Shown in pieces: positions 47,650 to 59,687 of a stretch of DNA of 64,000 bases. This DNA comes from Candidatus Melainabacteria bacterium 17Bon1m (GTDB lineage: Bacteria > Cyanobacteriota > Vampirovibrionia > Obscuribacterales > Obscuribacteraceae), in assembly GCA_032128875.1 (NCBI GenBank), contig JAVLKG010000003.1, positions 609,008 to 673,007 of the forward strand, in the 5' to 3' direction. The notes beneath the pieces were generated by a model, which was not told the origin of the DNA, searched no databases, and was given only the letters and a program-made list of their open reading frames with translations. A program made the position numbers and the translations under genes. Position 1 is the first letter of the stretch, and the number at the start of each line of letters is the position of its first letter.

Positions 47650-48432
47650 ATGAAATCTTCAATGACATATTTGGTGGTAGCTCAAACCGCTCTACTGCTT
47701 TGTAGCTGCACGTCAAGCGTAAAGACAGATCCCAGCAAATTGGCGCAGGTGTCGATCAAGACGTCTGACGGCTCCCCGACTCAGGGCAAGGTATCCGATT
47801 CTTCTTCGACATCGGTGAAGAAGGTCAATGGTGAGTATTCGCCTGAGGCTGTCACGTCTGAAGCAAGCGCTGCCAACGTCAAAATCGAAGTCGATATGGC
47901 GGCGGAAACGATAATATCCAAAGAGTGTTTGGAAGCCTGGCGAAAAGCATTGAAGGGCGACGAAAAGGGCGCCATGTCTCAGCTTGAAGATTTGGAAAAA
48001 CGATATCCAAAGGTTTCCACAATCAAGTTTATGAAAGGCCAAGTGCTAGAACACCTCGGCAAGGGCGAAGAGGCAGTCAAGTTTTACCGCGAGTCACTCG
48101 ACAACTCGGAGTACAGTTCTATCCGCCAATTCAAGCTGGCTCAGGCTTACGTCAAACTCAAAAAGTTCAAAGAAGCCGAATTGATATATCGGAAACTTTT
48201 AAAGACCTTCACCGATTTTCCGGATGCAAAGCTAGGGCTGGCTCGCTGTCTAATTGCACAGGACACTCATACTAAAGAAGGACACCAACTTTTGGCAGAA
48301 ACGGTTATATTGTGTGAGGCGCTTGTGAAAACCGGTGAACCCCAGAAAGTAGCTGAGGGTCGGCGGGTAATCAAAGAAGTCCTCGAACTCGACCCGGCAA
48401 CACCGGGGGCGAAGGAGCTTTTGGGCAAATAA
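47650..48432 (+). CDS. TPR protein, probable lipoprotein
   Basis: LLLCSC lipobox-like motif, TPR repeats. Confidence 0.75.
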   Translation: MKSSMTYLVVAQTALLLCSCTSSVKTDPSKLAQVSIKTSDGSPTQGKVSDSSSTSVKKVNGEYSPEAVTSEASAANVKIEVDMAAETIISKECLEAWRKALKGDEKGAMSQLEDLEKRYPKVSTIKFMKGQVLEHLGKGEEAVKFYRESLDNSEYSSIRQFKLAQAYVKLKKFKEAELIYRKLLKTFTDFPDAKLGLARCLIAQDTHTKEGHQLLAETVILCEALVKTGEPQKVAEGRRVIKEVLELDPATPGAKELLGK

Positions 48433-48488
48433 GCGCCTTGGTATCCACAGTGCCACAGTGGGTGGCAATCTGCTTTGAGGTGTTGGTA

Positions 48489-49622
48489 ATGCTTAAAGAA
48501 AAGGATTTGTTGGAATCGCCGTCCGTGGAAGAAATCGCTATCGACGGGTTTGATTTCATCGAGTTTTACGTAGGCAACGCGCTGCAAGCGGCTTACTACT
48601 ACGAACGTGGGTTTGGTTTCGATCTGGTCGGTTATAGCGGATTAGAAACAGGCAGGCGCGATCAAGTTTCTTATGCCTTGAAGCAAGACCATGTTTATTT
48701 GGTATTAACCGGCTCTCTGAACAAAGACCACGAAGTCGCAGAACACGTCCATGTTCATGGAGATGGCGTCAAAACCATCGGTCTAAGAGTTCGTGACTGC
48801 CAGAAGGCTTATGAGATTGCCATCGCCCGCGGTGCCAAGAGCGTAAAGGCTCCTGAAGTTGTTGAAGATGAAAACGGTAGGTACGTATCTGCATCTGTGT
48901 ACACCTATGGAGAAACTCTCCACACCTTCGTCGAACGCAAAGACTACAAAGGTTTTGCACCCGGATTTAAGACCGTCGACAGAAAGTATATTGATAATCA
49001 AAACGATAACAAAGTCGGACTGGCTGCCGTCGATCACGTTGTCGGCAACGTAGAAGTCGGTCGCATGGAGCATTGGGTCGATTTCTACAAAAAGGTTTTC
49101 GGCTTCTATGTCTATCAGTATTTTGATAAGGGTGATATCAGCACTCAGTATTCCGCGCTCGTCTCCAAAGTGATGGCTAACAAATCCGGCTCGGTCAAGA
49201 TGCCGATCAACGAGCCATCGGAAGGTGTCAGACGCTCACAAATTCAAGAGTATTTGGACTATTACACGGCACCGGGCGTGCAGCATATTGCGATTGTCAC
49301 TCGCGACATCATCAAGACGGTTGCGGAGTTACAGAAGCGCGGCATCGAGTTTTTAAAGGTTCCACGCACCTACTACGATGCACTGCCTGAGCGCGTCGGA
49401 CAAATTGACGAAGACATTGAGGAATTGGCCAAGCTGCACATTCTGGTGGATAGAGAATCAGAAGGTTATCTCTTGCAGATATTCACTAAACCTGTGCAAG
49501 ACAGACCGACACTGTTCTTTGAGGTAATTCAAAGAAAGGGTGCAAAAGGTTTTGGCAAGGGCAACTTCAAAGCGCTATTCGAATCTATCGAACGCGACCA
49601 GGCCGAAAGAGGAAATCTCTAA
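48489..49622 (+). CDS. hppD: 4-hydroxyphenylpyruvate dioxygenase
   Basis: EFYVGNA, HGDGVK, DHVVGN, GVQHIA, FFEVIQRKG..GFG.GNFKALFESIE. Confidence 0.96.
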   Translation: MLKEKDLLESPSVEEIAIDGFDFIEFYVGNALQAAYYYERGFGFDLVGYSGLETGRRDQVSYALKQDHVYLVLTGSLNKDHEVAEHVHVHGDGVKTIGLRVRDCQKAYEIAIARGAKSVKAPEVVEDENGRYVSASVYTYGETLHTFVERKDYKGFAPGFKTVDRKYIDNQNDNKVGLAAVDHVVGNVEVGRMEHWVDFYKKVFGFYVYQYFDKGDISTQYSALVSKVMANKSGSVKMPINEPSEGVRRSQIQEYLDYYTAPGVQHIAIVTRDIIKTVAELQKRGIEFLKVPRTYYDALPERVGQIDEDIEELAKLHILVDRESEGYLLQIFTKPVQDRPTLFFEVIQRKGAKGFGKGNFKALFESIERDQAERGNL

Positions 49623-49628
49623 CGCAAA

Positions 49629-49682
49629 GTACGGGAGCCGCATGCGGCTTCCTGGCAAGGACGGCGCATGCGCCGACCCTAC
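49629..49682. repeat. Inverted pair of REP-like palindromes
   Basis: GTACGGGAGCCGCATGCGGCTTCC on + and GTAGGGTCGGCGCATGCGCCGTCC on -. Confidence 0.55.
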
Positions 49683-49697
49683 GAAGTGTGACGGCTT

Positions 49698-51878
49698 CTA
49701 AGAGGTTCGGTGACGGCGGGACTGCAGCTCTTTCACGCGCAAATCGGTGAGCACTGATTTGACATAATTCCCCTTCTTCCACATCAGTTGGGAGTACTCG
49801 CGCAAGGCTGCGATCACGTCAGGATCGGACTCTCCCAATTCCGATTCCATTTTTGGCAATGCTGATTCGTAGAGATAGCGAGCCCGCTTGTAATGCCCTT
49901 CTTGAAAGTGCACAAAGGCAAGCAGTCGTGTCGTAGCAATTAGCTGCGAAGTATCTTTGTTGTCTTTGCTCCAAATTTTGAGGGCGCTTTCATACGCTTT
50001 CTCTGCATTGGCAAACTGGCTGCTCATGCGATAGCAGTCGCCAAGCCTGCACAAAATTCGCGCTCGCCGCTTTTCTTTTGGATTGCTAGTTTCACTATAT
50101 TTCTTGAACTCGGAAAGTAAAATCTCGTACTTGATTGCCGCTTCACCATAACGACCACTGGCATAAAGAGCATTTGCTAAGTCTTCACCAACGTCATTGA
50201 ACATTGAATGACGGTTACCCTCGGACTTGTGCATTTTGTTGGGATCTTTTACGTCCGGGTCCGATTCTAGTTTGTGATAAAGGTCACTATACACTGCGAT
50301 GGAATCCGCCCAGTTGCCGGTTTTGCCGAGAGTTTTAGCAAAATTCCATTGAGCTTCGAGCGTATCGTCGGTTGCCTCACCGTCAAACTCTTTCAAAGAA
50401 AAGTACGCCTTCTTTCGATAGTCGAGAGCTTCTCGATAGTGACCGTTTTCTTCGTAGAACTGGGCAAGCATCTGTTGCCCGTTTATATAGTGTGGAGATG
50501 TGACACCTTCGGGGCGGTACTTCTTCAAGGCAACTTGAAGAAGTCCTAAGTTCGAAGCGAAATTTGACTTTTCTTCCGGTGGCTTTTTAATGACAGACCA
50601 AGCCGACGCCGCTCCCGGTGGGGGTTCGCTGACGTCTTTGAAATAGATACTTAAATACTGCACGGCGACGACTGCACAAACAACCACCGCTGCCAGTGCC
50701 ACCAATAACAGTTTTTTCTCACGACCGACGAATGGCGCAACTTTCAATCTCAGCAATTCGAGTTTCAACTTTGCATTCGTGATCCAGCCGGCATCCATTT
50801 GATCGAGAAACTCGTGTAGATCTTTGGCTAACTCTTCCATGCTTTGGTGGCGCATGGCAGGGTCTTTTGCGAATGCTTTGAAGACGATTGCTTCCAGTCT
50901 TTCCGGTACCTTAGACTCAGGGCAAGAAACCGAAAATGAAGCAGGAACCTCGCTCAACTGTCTGTACAAAGTCTCCATTAAGTTTGCGCCGACGATAGGA
51001 GGCTTGCCGGCAATAACTTCGTACATCAAACATCCCATCGAATACACATCCGAGCGTGCATCGACTTTTTCGCCGCGACACTGCTCAGGACTCATGTAGA
51101 ACGGACTGCCGAAAACCTCTCCTGTCTTAGTTAAATGTAGCGATTCGCCGCCGTCCTGTGGTATCAACTTTGCAATGCCGAAGTCCACAAGTTTTACTAT
51201 ATCCAGCGCCGGATCCTGGTGAATAAGCAGCACATTGCTGGGTTTTAGATCCCTGTGCAAAACATTATTCGAGTGTGCGCACTGTAGTGCATCTGCAATC
51301 TGCACGAAAATCGCCACTGAACGTTCAAGTGCCAAGCCGCGCAGCATCTTGATTGCTTCGTTTAGCGGAGTACCGTCTAAGTAGTCCATCACGATGAAGG
51401 GCTCGTTATTGTCGCCGGCGCCGAAATCGTAAATCGAAACAATGTTTGTGTGCGAGAGGCTGCTGGCGGCTCGAGCTTCTTGCTGGAAGCGTGCGTAAGT
51501 GACTGGGTCATTCACCAAATGCGGTAGCAAAAGTTTGACAGCAACTATCTTGCCAAGCTGCTTGTCCACGCCTTTGTAGACGACACTCATACCGCCTTGT
51601 CCAATGTAGGATTTCAGTTCGTAGCGGTTAGCCAGCACCGTGCCTACGAGTGCGTCCATTCTATGTCTGACGAGAGTTTCTTCGCCGTCGTTATCGGCGT
51701 TGGCAGCGCCATCTGAGTCGCAAGCGCTGCTCTCCTTTTTATCAGTCGAACCAAGCGCGACCTTTTCTTTGATTTCTGGGGTGGCCGACAGAAAGGCTGA
51801 TTCAGCTCCGGGAGGAATCTGGTCGGCCTTCAGTTTCGCGGGTTCTTTCTTTGCTTTTTTGTCTGATTTTTCGGACAT
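49698..51878 (-). CDS. Membrane Ser/Thr protein kinase with C-terminal TPRs
   Basis: GQGGMSVV, VAVK, HRDLKPSN, DFG, GSPFYMSPE, TM segment, TPRs. Confidence 0.93.
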   Translation of the reverse strand: MSEKSDKKAKKEPAKLKADQIPPGAESAFLSATPEIKEKVALGSTDKKESSACDSDGAANADNDGEETLVRHRMDALVGTVLANRYELKSYIGQGGMSVVYKGVDKQLGKIVAVKLLLPHLVNDPVTYARFQQEARAASSLSHTNIVSIYDFGAGDNNEPFIVMDYLDGTPLNEAIKMLRGLALERSVAIFVQIADALQCAHSNNVLHRDLKPSNVLLIHQDPALDIVKLVDFGIAKLIPQDGGESLHLTKTGEVFGSPFYMSPEQCRGEKVDARSDVYSMGCLMYEVIAGKPPIVGANLMETLYRQLSEVPASFSVSCPESKVPERLEAIVFKAFAKDPAMRHQSMEELAKDLHEFLDQMDAGWITNAKLKLELLRLKVAPFVGREKKLLLVALAAVVVCAVVAVQYLSIYFKDVSEPPPGAASAWSVIKKPPEEKSNFASNLGLLQVALKKYRPEGVTSPHYINGQQMLAQFYEENGHYREALDYRKKAYFSLKEFDGEATDDTLEAQWNFAKTLGKTGNWADSIAVYSDLYHKLESDPDVKDPNKMHKSEGNRHSMFNDVGEDLANALYASGRYGEAAIKYEILLSEFKKYSETSNPKEKRRARILCRLGDCYRMSSQFANAEKAYESALKIWSKDNKDTSQLIATTRLLAFVHFQEGHYKRARYLYESALPKMESELGESDPDVIAALREYSQLMWKKGNYVKSVLTDLRVKELQSRRHRTS

Positions 51879-52028
51879 TGTTGCAGAGCTAAGCTGAAGC
51901 TTGGCAGCTCCCCCCAGTCAAGACATACCTCACTAAAGGGGTATCCAAACCGCACGGTCTGTTTTGTGCGATGATACAACCGTAATCGTTGCTTACCAAC
52001 CATTTTTTGACCGGCGAAAGTTTCTCAA

Positions 52029-52727
52029 ATGACTGCAAAAGATGTTGTACCAAGTTCACAACGACGCGTGATTTCGGCACAAAATTGCGTGCCTGCTTTA
52101 CTGGGAATTCTCATCTCCCTGGCTGTGCAATCCGCTTCGGCTGCGCCTTCTGATACCGGTTGGATAATCGAACAGAAGAGTGAAGAGCGCGGGCGGACGG
52201 TCATTCGCATGACTGAAAACAGCATGGTTCTTACCAGCAAGTTGATGTCGGCGATTCTGACGGCGCCGAAGTTCGACGCTTGTTTTTTCAATGAAAGCAC
52301 TCGCAAGTATGTGCTCATGCCGCATAACGACTGGATGAAGCGTTATGCGCCCGGTAAGAAAGAAATGAAGGGACCGTTTGCGGGCGAGAAAATTGCCGGC
52401 TACTCTACGAAGAAGTACACGTGGCAAACCAAAAATCGACACAAAATAATGGAATTGTGGGTTACGAAAGAGCTGCCTCTAAGTGCGCCCCTGCAAGAGT
52501 TTGTCTCAAGTACCATTGGCATCCCGCAGAGCATTGGTATGCCGTTGCGTATGGTTTCTAAATTCGATGACCGTGAGCCTCGAATCGACATGGATACGAA
52601 GTCGATCAAAAAGACCAAAATCCCGAAAAGCGCCTTCGAGCTGCCCAAGGGATTCAAAAAGTGCAAAAGCGAGATGGAGTTGTTGTTGGGCGACGACGAG
52701 AGCGGCATTGACGCGTTTATCAAGTAG
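52029..52727 (+). CDS. Exported DUF4412-like protein
   Basis: Signal peptide, E.IAGY.T.KY, ELWVT, GMPLR, FELPKGF. Confidence 0.6.
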   Translation: MTAKDVVPSSQRRVISAQNCVPALLGILISLAVQSASAAPSDTGWIIEQKSEERGRTVIRMTENSMVLTSKLMSAILTAPKFDACFFNESTRKYVLMPHNDWMKRYAPGKKEMKGPFAGEKIAGYSTKKYTWQTKNRHKIMELWVTKELPLSAPLQEFVSSTIGIPQSIGMPLRMVSKFDDREPRIDMDTKSIKKTKIPKSAFELPKGFKKCKSEMELLLGDDESGIDAFIK

Positions 52728-52827
52728 TTGAGTCATTAAGGACCTTCAGTTGCCATATATGGTTTGCTTTGTATTTGGCGTGGTATTGAATGTTCACCCC
52801 CCTTGCAGCATTTGAGGTGCCCCTTCT

Positions 52828-53199
52828 GTGGCTTCCATTTTGGTAGTCGAAGACGACGAAGACCTTTCCTCGACCATGGTCGAATGGCTGGTTTTCAATT
52901 CGCATGACGCAGAGGCCGCACTGACCGGCGAAGATGGTCTGGCACGCATGTGCGAGAAGTCGTTCGATGTCATCATTCTCGACTGGCAGCTGCCGGGAAT
53001 GGCCGGTATCGAAGTTTGCCGAGCCTACAGAGAGCAAGGAGGCAAAACACCGGTTCTAATGTTGACCGGCAGGCGCGATCCCACCGAGAAGGAAGCCTGT
53101 ATGAAAGCGGGCGCTACTGAGTTTCTTCCCAAGCCTTTCCGGCTAGAGCAATTGAGCAATCAAATCCAAAAAGTGCTGGAATTGGCTGGCACAAAGTAA
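52828..53199 (+). CDS. Single-domain response regulator
   Basis: ILVVEDD, LDWQLPG..G, MLT, KPF. Confidence 0.92.
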   Translation: MASILVVEDDEDLSSTMVEWLVFNSHDAEAALTGEDGLARMCEKSFDVIILDWQLPGMAGIEVCRAYREQGGKTPVLMLTGRRDPTEKEACMKAGATEFLPKPFRLEQLSNQIQKVLELAGTK

Positions 53200-53229
53200 T
53201 CCGGTCCTCACACCCCTCTCGAGAGTTTT

Positions 53230-54906
53230 TTGATGGAAAGCTGGCTTCCCAGGATGACCCAAAAGAAAGCGGAATTCATCGCGAAAACTCGCGACCGCTT
53301 GACCGAGATGGAAGGTCTGCTCGCTACTCTGACTTACCGTCCTGCGGACGCTGGCATCATCAAGCAATTGGCTGGTCACTTCCACCAATTGGCTGGTGGC
53401 GGTGGCATCTACGAACTCGATGACTTGTGCATGTACGCGCAATTCGGCGAGACCATTGTTTTTGCCCTTGTAAGACAGGGAGGATCGGCATCACCTGATT
53501 CGATCGACAAGCTCAAAGAAGCCGTCGAAAGTATGCGAGGCGCGATTGAAGTCGGGCGTCCTGACGCAAGACCGCAAGACGATACGGGTCCTTTGCCCGC
53601 AGTTGCACCGCAGATTACTGTGACTTCCCCTGCCAAAGACGCTGGTCGTCTGCGCATCTTTGTGGTCTCTTCCGATCCTGAGCACACTGACGCGTTAGAG
53701 CCGCTGCTTGCCGGTAATGATTTCGAATTCCGTGTCTTTACCACTTCGGCAGAAGCGCTTGATGCCCTCAAAATGACTTTCCCAGACGGAATGATTGTCG
53801 ACATTCCCTTGTCCGACGGCAACGGTTATGAGTTGGTTGCTAATTTGCGAAATCTACCCGGTGGCAATAAGCCGCCTGTGGTCATGCTTTCGCGCGAGCA
53901 GGGCTTTCTCGACAAAGTCGGCGCTATCAGAGCCGGCGTGGATGCCTTCTTCGAGCACCCATTGGACTTTCAATCAATCGTAGACAAGCTGCGCTATTTG
54001 CTCGACAGAGACAAGCCCGAGCGCTTCCGAATTCTTTCCGTTGAGGACGATCCGGATCAAGCCGAATTCATTCGAGCTACGCTAGAGTTTGCCGGATATA
54101 ACGTTCTTACTTTGAACGATCCCAAAGCGTTTGAAGAAGCGCTTCTCGCCTTTTGCCCAGATTTGCTGCTGCTGGACGTAATGATGGGAGACATGACTGG
54201 CTTCGAAATTGCGAAGTACGTCCGGCAAATGGAGCGCTTCGTGGCGCTGCCAATTTTATTTTTAACAACGCAAAACCAGCTCGAGGCACATATTGAGAGC
54301 GCGCGGTCCGGTGGCGATGATCACTTGATCAAACCGATAGCACCGCCGCTTTTGGTTGCAACCGTTGCCGGCAGATTGGAGCGTTATCGCGTCTTCCAGA
54401 AGATGTTAAAACGCGAAGGTCTCACCCAATGCTTGACGCACAGTGCTTTCATTGAACGCGCCGGCGCGCTTGTAGAGCCGTTTCAGCGCCGTTTTTCGTT
54501 GGTGTTGATGTTGATTGATATTGACGGATTGCGTTATGTCAATGAGCGGTATGGATTCCCTGCGGGTGACAAGGTCATTCTCACTGTTTCCAATCTTTTG
54601 AAGAAAACTTTCCGGCACTCGGAATTGATCGGGCGCATTGGTGGTGACTCTTTTGGTGTGATGGTGGAAAACCTTTCAGTGCCGGAAGTTGCAGAGCTTG
54701 GTCAAACATTCTTGCGGGAACTCGCGGCCGTCGAACACGTCGGTGGTGGAGAACCATTTTTCGTAACAGCGTCAAGTGGTGTGGCGTCGCTCGGAGACGG
54801 AATGGATTTGAAAGTGCTGATTTCAGACGCGGAACAAGCCTTGCAAAGCGCGAAAGCGCAAGGGCGTAACCGCCTCGTAAGGGCCGCAGGTAAAGCGTTG
54901 CGTTAA
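53230..54906 (+). CDS. Hpt-REC-REC-GGDEF signalling protein (GGDSF variant)
   Basis: FHQLAGGGG Hpt motif, two receiver domains, IDID...VNERYG..AGD, RIGGDSF. Confidence 0.85.
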   Translation: MMESWLPRMTQKKAEFIAKTRDRLTEMEGLLATLTYRPADAGIIKQLAGHFHQLAGGGGIYELDDLCMYAQFGETIVFALVRQGGSASPDSIDKLKEAVESMRGAIEVGRPDARPQDDTGPLPAVAPQITVTSPAKDAGRLRIFVVSSDPEHTDALEPLLAGNDFEFRVFTTSAEALDALKMTFPDGMIVDIPLSDGNGYELVANLRNLPGGNKPPVVMLSREQGFLDKVGAIRAGVDAFFEHPLDFQSIVDKLRYLLDRDKPERFRILSVEDDPDQAEFIRATLEFAGYNVLTLNDPKAFEEALLAFCPDLLLLDVMMGDMTGFEIAKYVRQMERFVALPILFLTTQNQLEAHIESARSGGDDHLIKPIAPPLLVATVAGRLERYRVFQKMLKREGLTQCLTHSAFIERAGALVEPFQRRFSLVLMLIDIDGLRYVNERYGFPAGDKVILTVSNLLKKTFRHSELIGRIGGDSFGVMVENLSVPEVAELGQTFLRELAAVEHVGGGEPFFVTASSGVASLGDGMDLKVLISDAEQALQSAKAQGRNRLVRAAGKALR

Positions 54907-54983
54907 TATTTTTTCTGCTTGGCACTATATGTGGTGCTGCGTTGATTGTTGTTCTTATTGTTTGACTTGAAGGAGAAAGTTCT

Positions 54984-55613
54984 GTGACTGAACAAACATT
55001 GATGGAAAATCTCAAATCGACGACTCGTGCAGATCACGATTCCGCCGAAGGTCATGATTTCCAGCGATTGCTTTTCTCCGGTCAATTGCCGTACGAGACC
55101 TTCTGTGATTATGTAGGTCAGCTTTTCGTTCTGCATAAAGCGCTTGAGGATGAGCTAAAACTTGCTGCCTCTGACGAACGTGTGAAGAAAGTTCTCGGTG
55201 ACTGGCAGTTTCAAGAAGGGTTTCTCGACAAAGATCTCACTGCCCTTGGTCGTAAAAGCGCTGATTGCAAGCCGCTTCCAGCTACTGCCAAGATAATTGA
55301 GTCCATTAAAGAAACAAGCAAGAAGCACCCGATTGCATTGTTGGGCTATCACTATGTCTTGCTGGGCAGCAAACACGGAGCGCGCATGATTTGCCCCAAC
55401 CTAAAGAAGTCTTACAACCTCGAGGGGCATGACGGCACTCTTTACTTCGACCCTTACGAAGGTAAGTTCATGCAGCTCTGGGGCGAGTTCAAAGACTCTA
55501 TGAACGCCAATCATTTAAATGAATCAGAGACTGCCGAGATTTTGGATGCAGCCAAGAAGATGTTCCGTTCGATGGGCGAGATTGGCGAAGGGCTTCATGC
55601 CAACGCTGCTTGA
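54984..55613 (+). CDS. Heme oxygenase (biliverdin-producing family)
   Basis: LK..TR..H..AE, DL..L, HYV.LGS..G; RBS GAAGGAG. Confidence 0.82.
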   Translation: MTEQTLMENLKSTTRADHDSAEGHDFQRLLFSGQLPYETFCDYVGQLFVLHKALEDELKLAASDERVKKVLGDWQFQEGFLDKDLTALGRKSADCKPLPATAKIIESIKETSKKHPIALLGYHYVLLGSKHGARMICPNLKKSYNLEGHDGTLYFDPYEGKFMQLWGEFKDSMNANHLNESETAEILDAAKKMFRSMGEIGEGLHANAA

Positions 55614-55812
55614 TTGCCTGGGCGCCTTAACCGCCGCCCGCCATTCGTTGTGCACGCGCCGGTATACCGAACCAAGTTGTCATCGATTCGGTTTTGTGGT
55701 GCTAGAGACGTCCCTGTCCTGAATTGCACTTTTAATTGTTTTCGCGCGGACAATCCGTTGACTTTCCCGCGGTACATCTTTTAAACTAAGTCGAAGATTA
55801 GACTCGTTCTAA

Positions 55813-58194
<2,382 letters not shown>

Positions 58195-58197
58195 CTT

Positions 58198-58255
58198 GTA
58201 GGGGCGATGCCATGCATCGCCCTCTTTTTATCGTGGGGGCGCATTGCATGCGCCC
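58198..58255 (+). repeat. Two tandem GTAG/GTGG-type REP palindromes
   Basis: GTAGGGGCGATGCCATGCATCGCCC and GTGGGGGCGCATTGCATGCGCCC, each followed by TCTTTTT. Confidence 0.7.
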
Positions 58256-58321
58256 TCTTTTTTCCTTTAGTCGTATTTTGAAACGTCAAACACTGCAGGA
58301 TTTCAAATTAGCTAAAAAGCC

Positions 58322-58349
58322 AAAAACCCCGGGCGAACCCGGGGTTTTT
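58322..58349. terminator. Bidirectional intrinsic terminator
   Basis: AAAAACCCCGGG-CGAA-CCCGGGGTTTTT between convergent genes. Confidence 0.85.
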
Positions 58350-58390
58350 GTTCTTCCAAATACTTTGAATACTTTGAAGAAGTGCTGCGA

Positions 58391-58882
58391 TTACTCTTTG
58401 ATGAAGGTCAAGGTTACGCAGTTTTCGCCTTCGAATTTGGTTTCGCCCTTGAAGCCGAATTCTTTTGCGAACATCGATGTGCAGTTCTCAAATTGAGCGC
58501 CCATCTTTTCTTCTTGTTCTTTGCTCATGTGGCCGTACTTCTTGAGTGCTTCCCACATTCCGCAGGTCTTGTAGCTGAGGTGAGCTTGTTTGTCATCGCC
58601 CCAGATTTCGATCTTGCTGCCGAAAACATTGGCTTCGAATTCAGCCATTGCTTTGACGAGTTCCATCGGGGTGGTTACTTTGAGAGCCTTGAAGTAGGCT
58701 ACTTTTTCTTGACGCTTGACGTTTTCAAACTTTTTGATTGCTTCTTCGCCGTGCTCGCAGATGACGCCATATGCGGCCATCCATTGCGATGCCAGAAGAC
58801 GAGCGGTTTCTTCTTGAATCTTTTGTGTGTTCCACTTGGATTCGATAAGTTGTTTTGTTGCTGTTGTCATTTCGATGTACAA
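58391..58882 (-). CDS. Hypothetical protein (possible V4R/ATC-hydrolase-like fold)
   Basis: 163-aa ORF with spaced Cys (TCG, NC, NC). Confidence 0.65.
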   Translation of the reverse strand: MYIEMTTATKQLIESKWNTQKIQEETARLLASQWMAAYGVICEHGEEAIKKFENVKRQEKVAYFKALKVTTPMELVKAMAEFEANVFGSKIEIWGDDKQAHLSYKTCGMWEALKKYGHMSKEQEEKMGAQFENCTSMFAKEFGFKGETKFEGENCVTLTFIKE

Positions 58883-59130
58883 AGCTCCGTGTGTGATTTG
58901 ATGCGCTCAGTATAGGCGTGTATTCGATAAAATTAGCCACCTTTAAGAGAGCCTTTCGTATTCTTCTTGACATAGTGAGTCTCGTTTAATGTTCTCTGAG
59001 CCGGGCTTACTATCAGGGTTTTACCGCGTGACGATAGAAGTATAAATTTGGCACAGACTTCTACAATGATGGAACAAAAGCGGAGTTTTCCACTCCTCCC
59101 TCAGGTAGGTTTGAGTAACAGGAGTGAAGC

Positions 59131-59685
59131 ATGAACGTCAAAAAGCTGGTTGCCCTTGGTGGTTGTGCAGTGCTCGGTGCATTGTCCGTGTGCGCTGCTT
59201 ATTCGAAGGATTTGACGACATCAGGACCGATGTCTACCGCGGCAAAGCAAGACATCATCAATACTTTGCGCAGCAAGGGTTCTTTCCACAAAATGCTCCA
59301 GGGTCTTGAACAGACATACGAATTGGACAACGAATTGAAAGGCAAAGGACCTTACACGGTGTTTGCTGCAGATGATAAAGCCTGGAAGAAAATCAATCAG
59401 GCTGACCAGGATACGCTTTTCGGAAATAAGAAGAAACTCGACGAAGTGATGAGGTACGGCGTCATTAAAGGACAAGCCTTGGATACCGATCATTTGTATA
59501 AGATGCAAGGACAACAAGTGCAATCGCTCGAAGGTCGTCTTATCAACGTTCGCATGACTGCGGGTGAGAAGGAGCAAGCGTTTCTCTTTTTGAACGATTC
59601 AAAAGTGAAAGACGCAGACATCAAATGCAGCAATGGGATTATCCATATAGTTGATGCACCGCTGATGCCACCACTGAAAAAGTAG
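59131..59685 (+). CDS. Fasciclin (FAS1) domain protein
   Basis: GPYTVFA..D.A, DI.CSNGIIHIVD. Confidence 0.9.
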   Translation: MNVKKLVALGGCAVLGALSVCAAYSKDLTTSGPMSTAAKQDIINTLRSKGSFHKMLQGLEQTYELDNELKGKGPYTVFAADDKAWKKINQADQDTLFGNKKKLDEVMRYGVIKGQALDTDHLYKMQGQQVQSLEGRLINVRMTAGEKEQAFLFLNDSKVKDADIKCSNGIIHIVDAPLMPPLKK

Positions 59686-59687
59686 GT

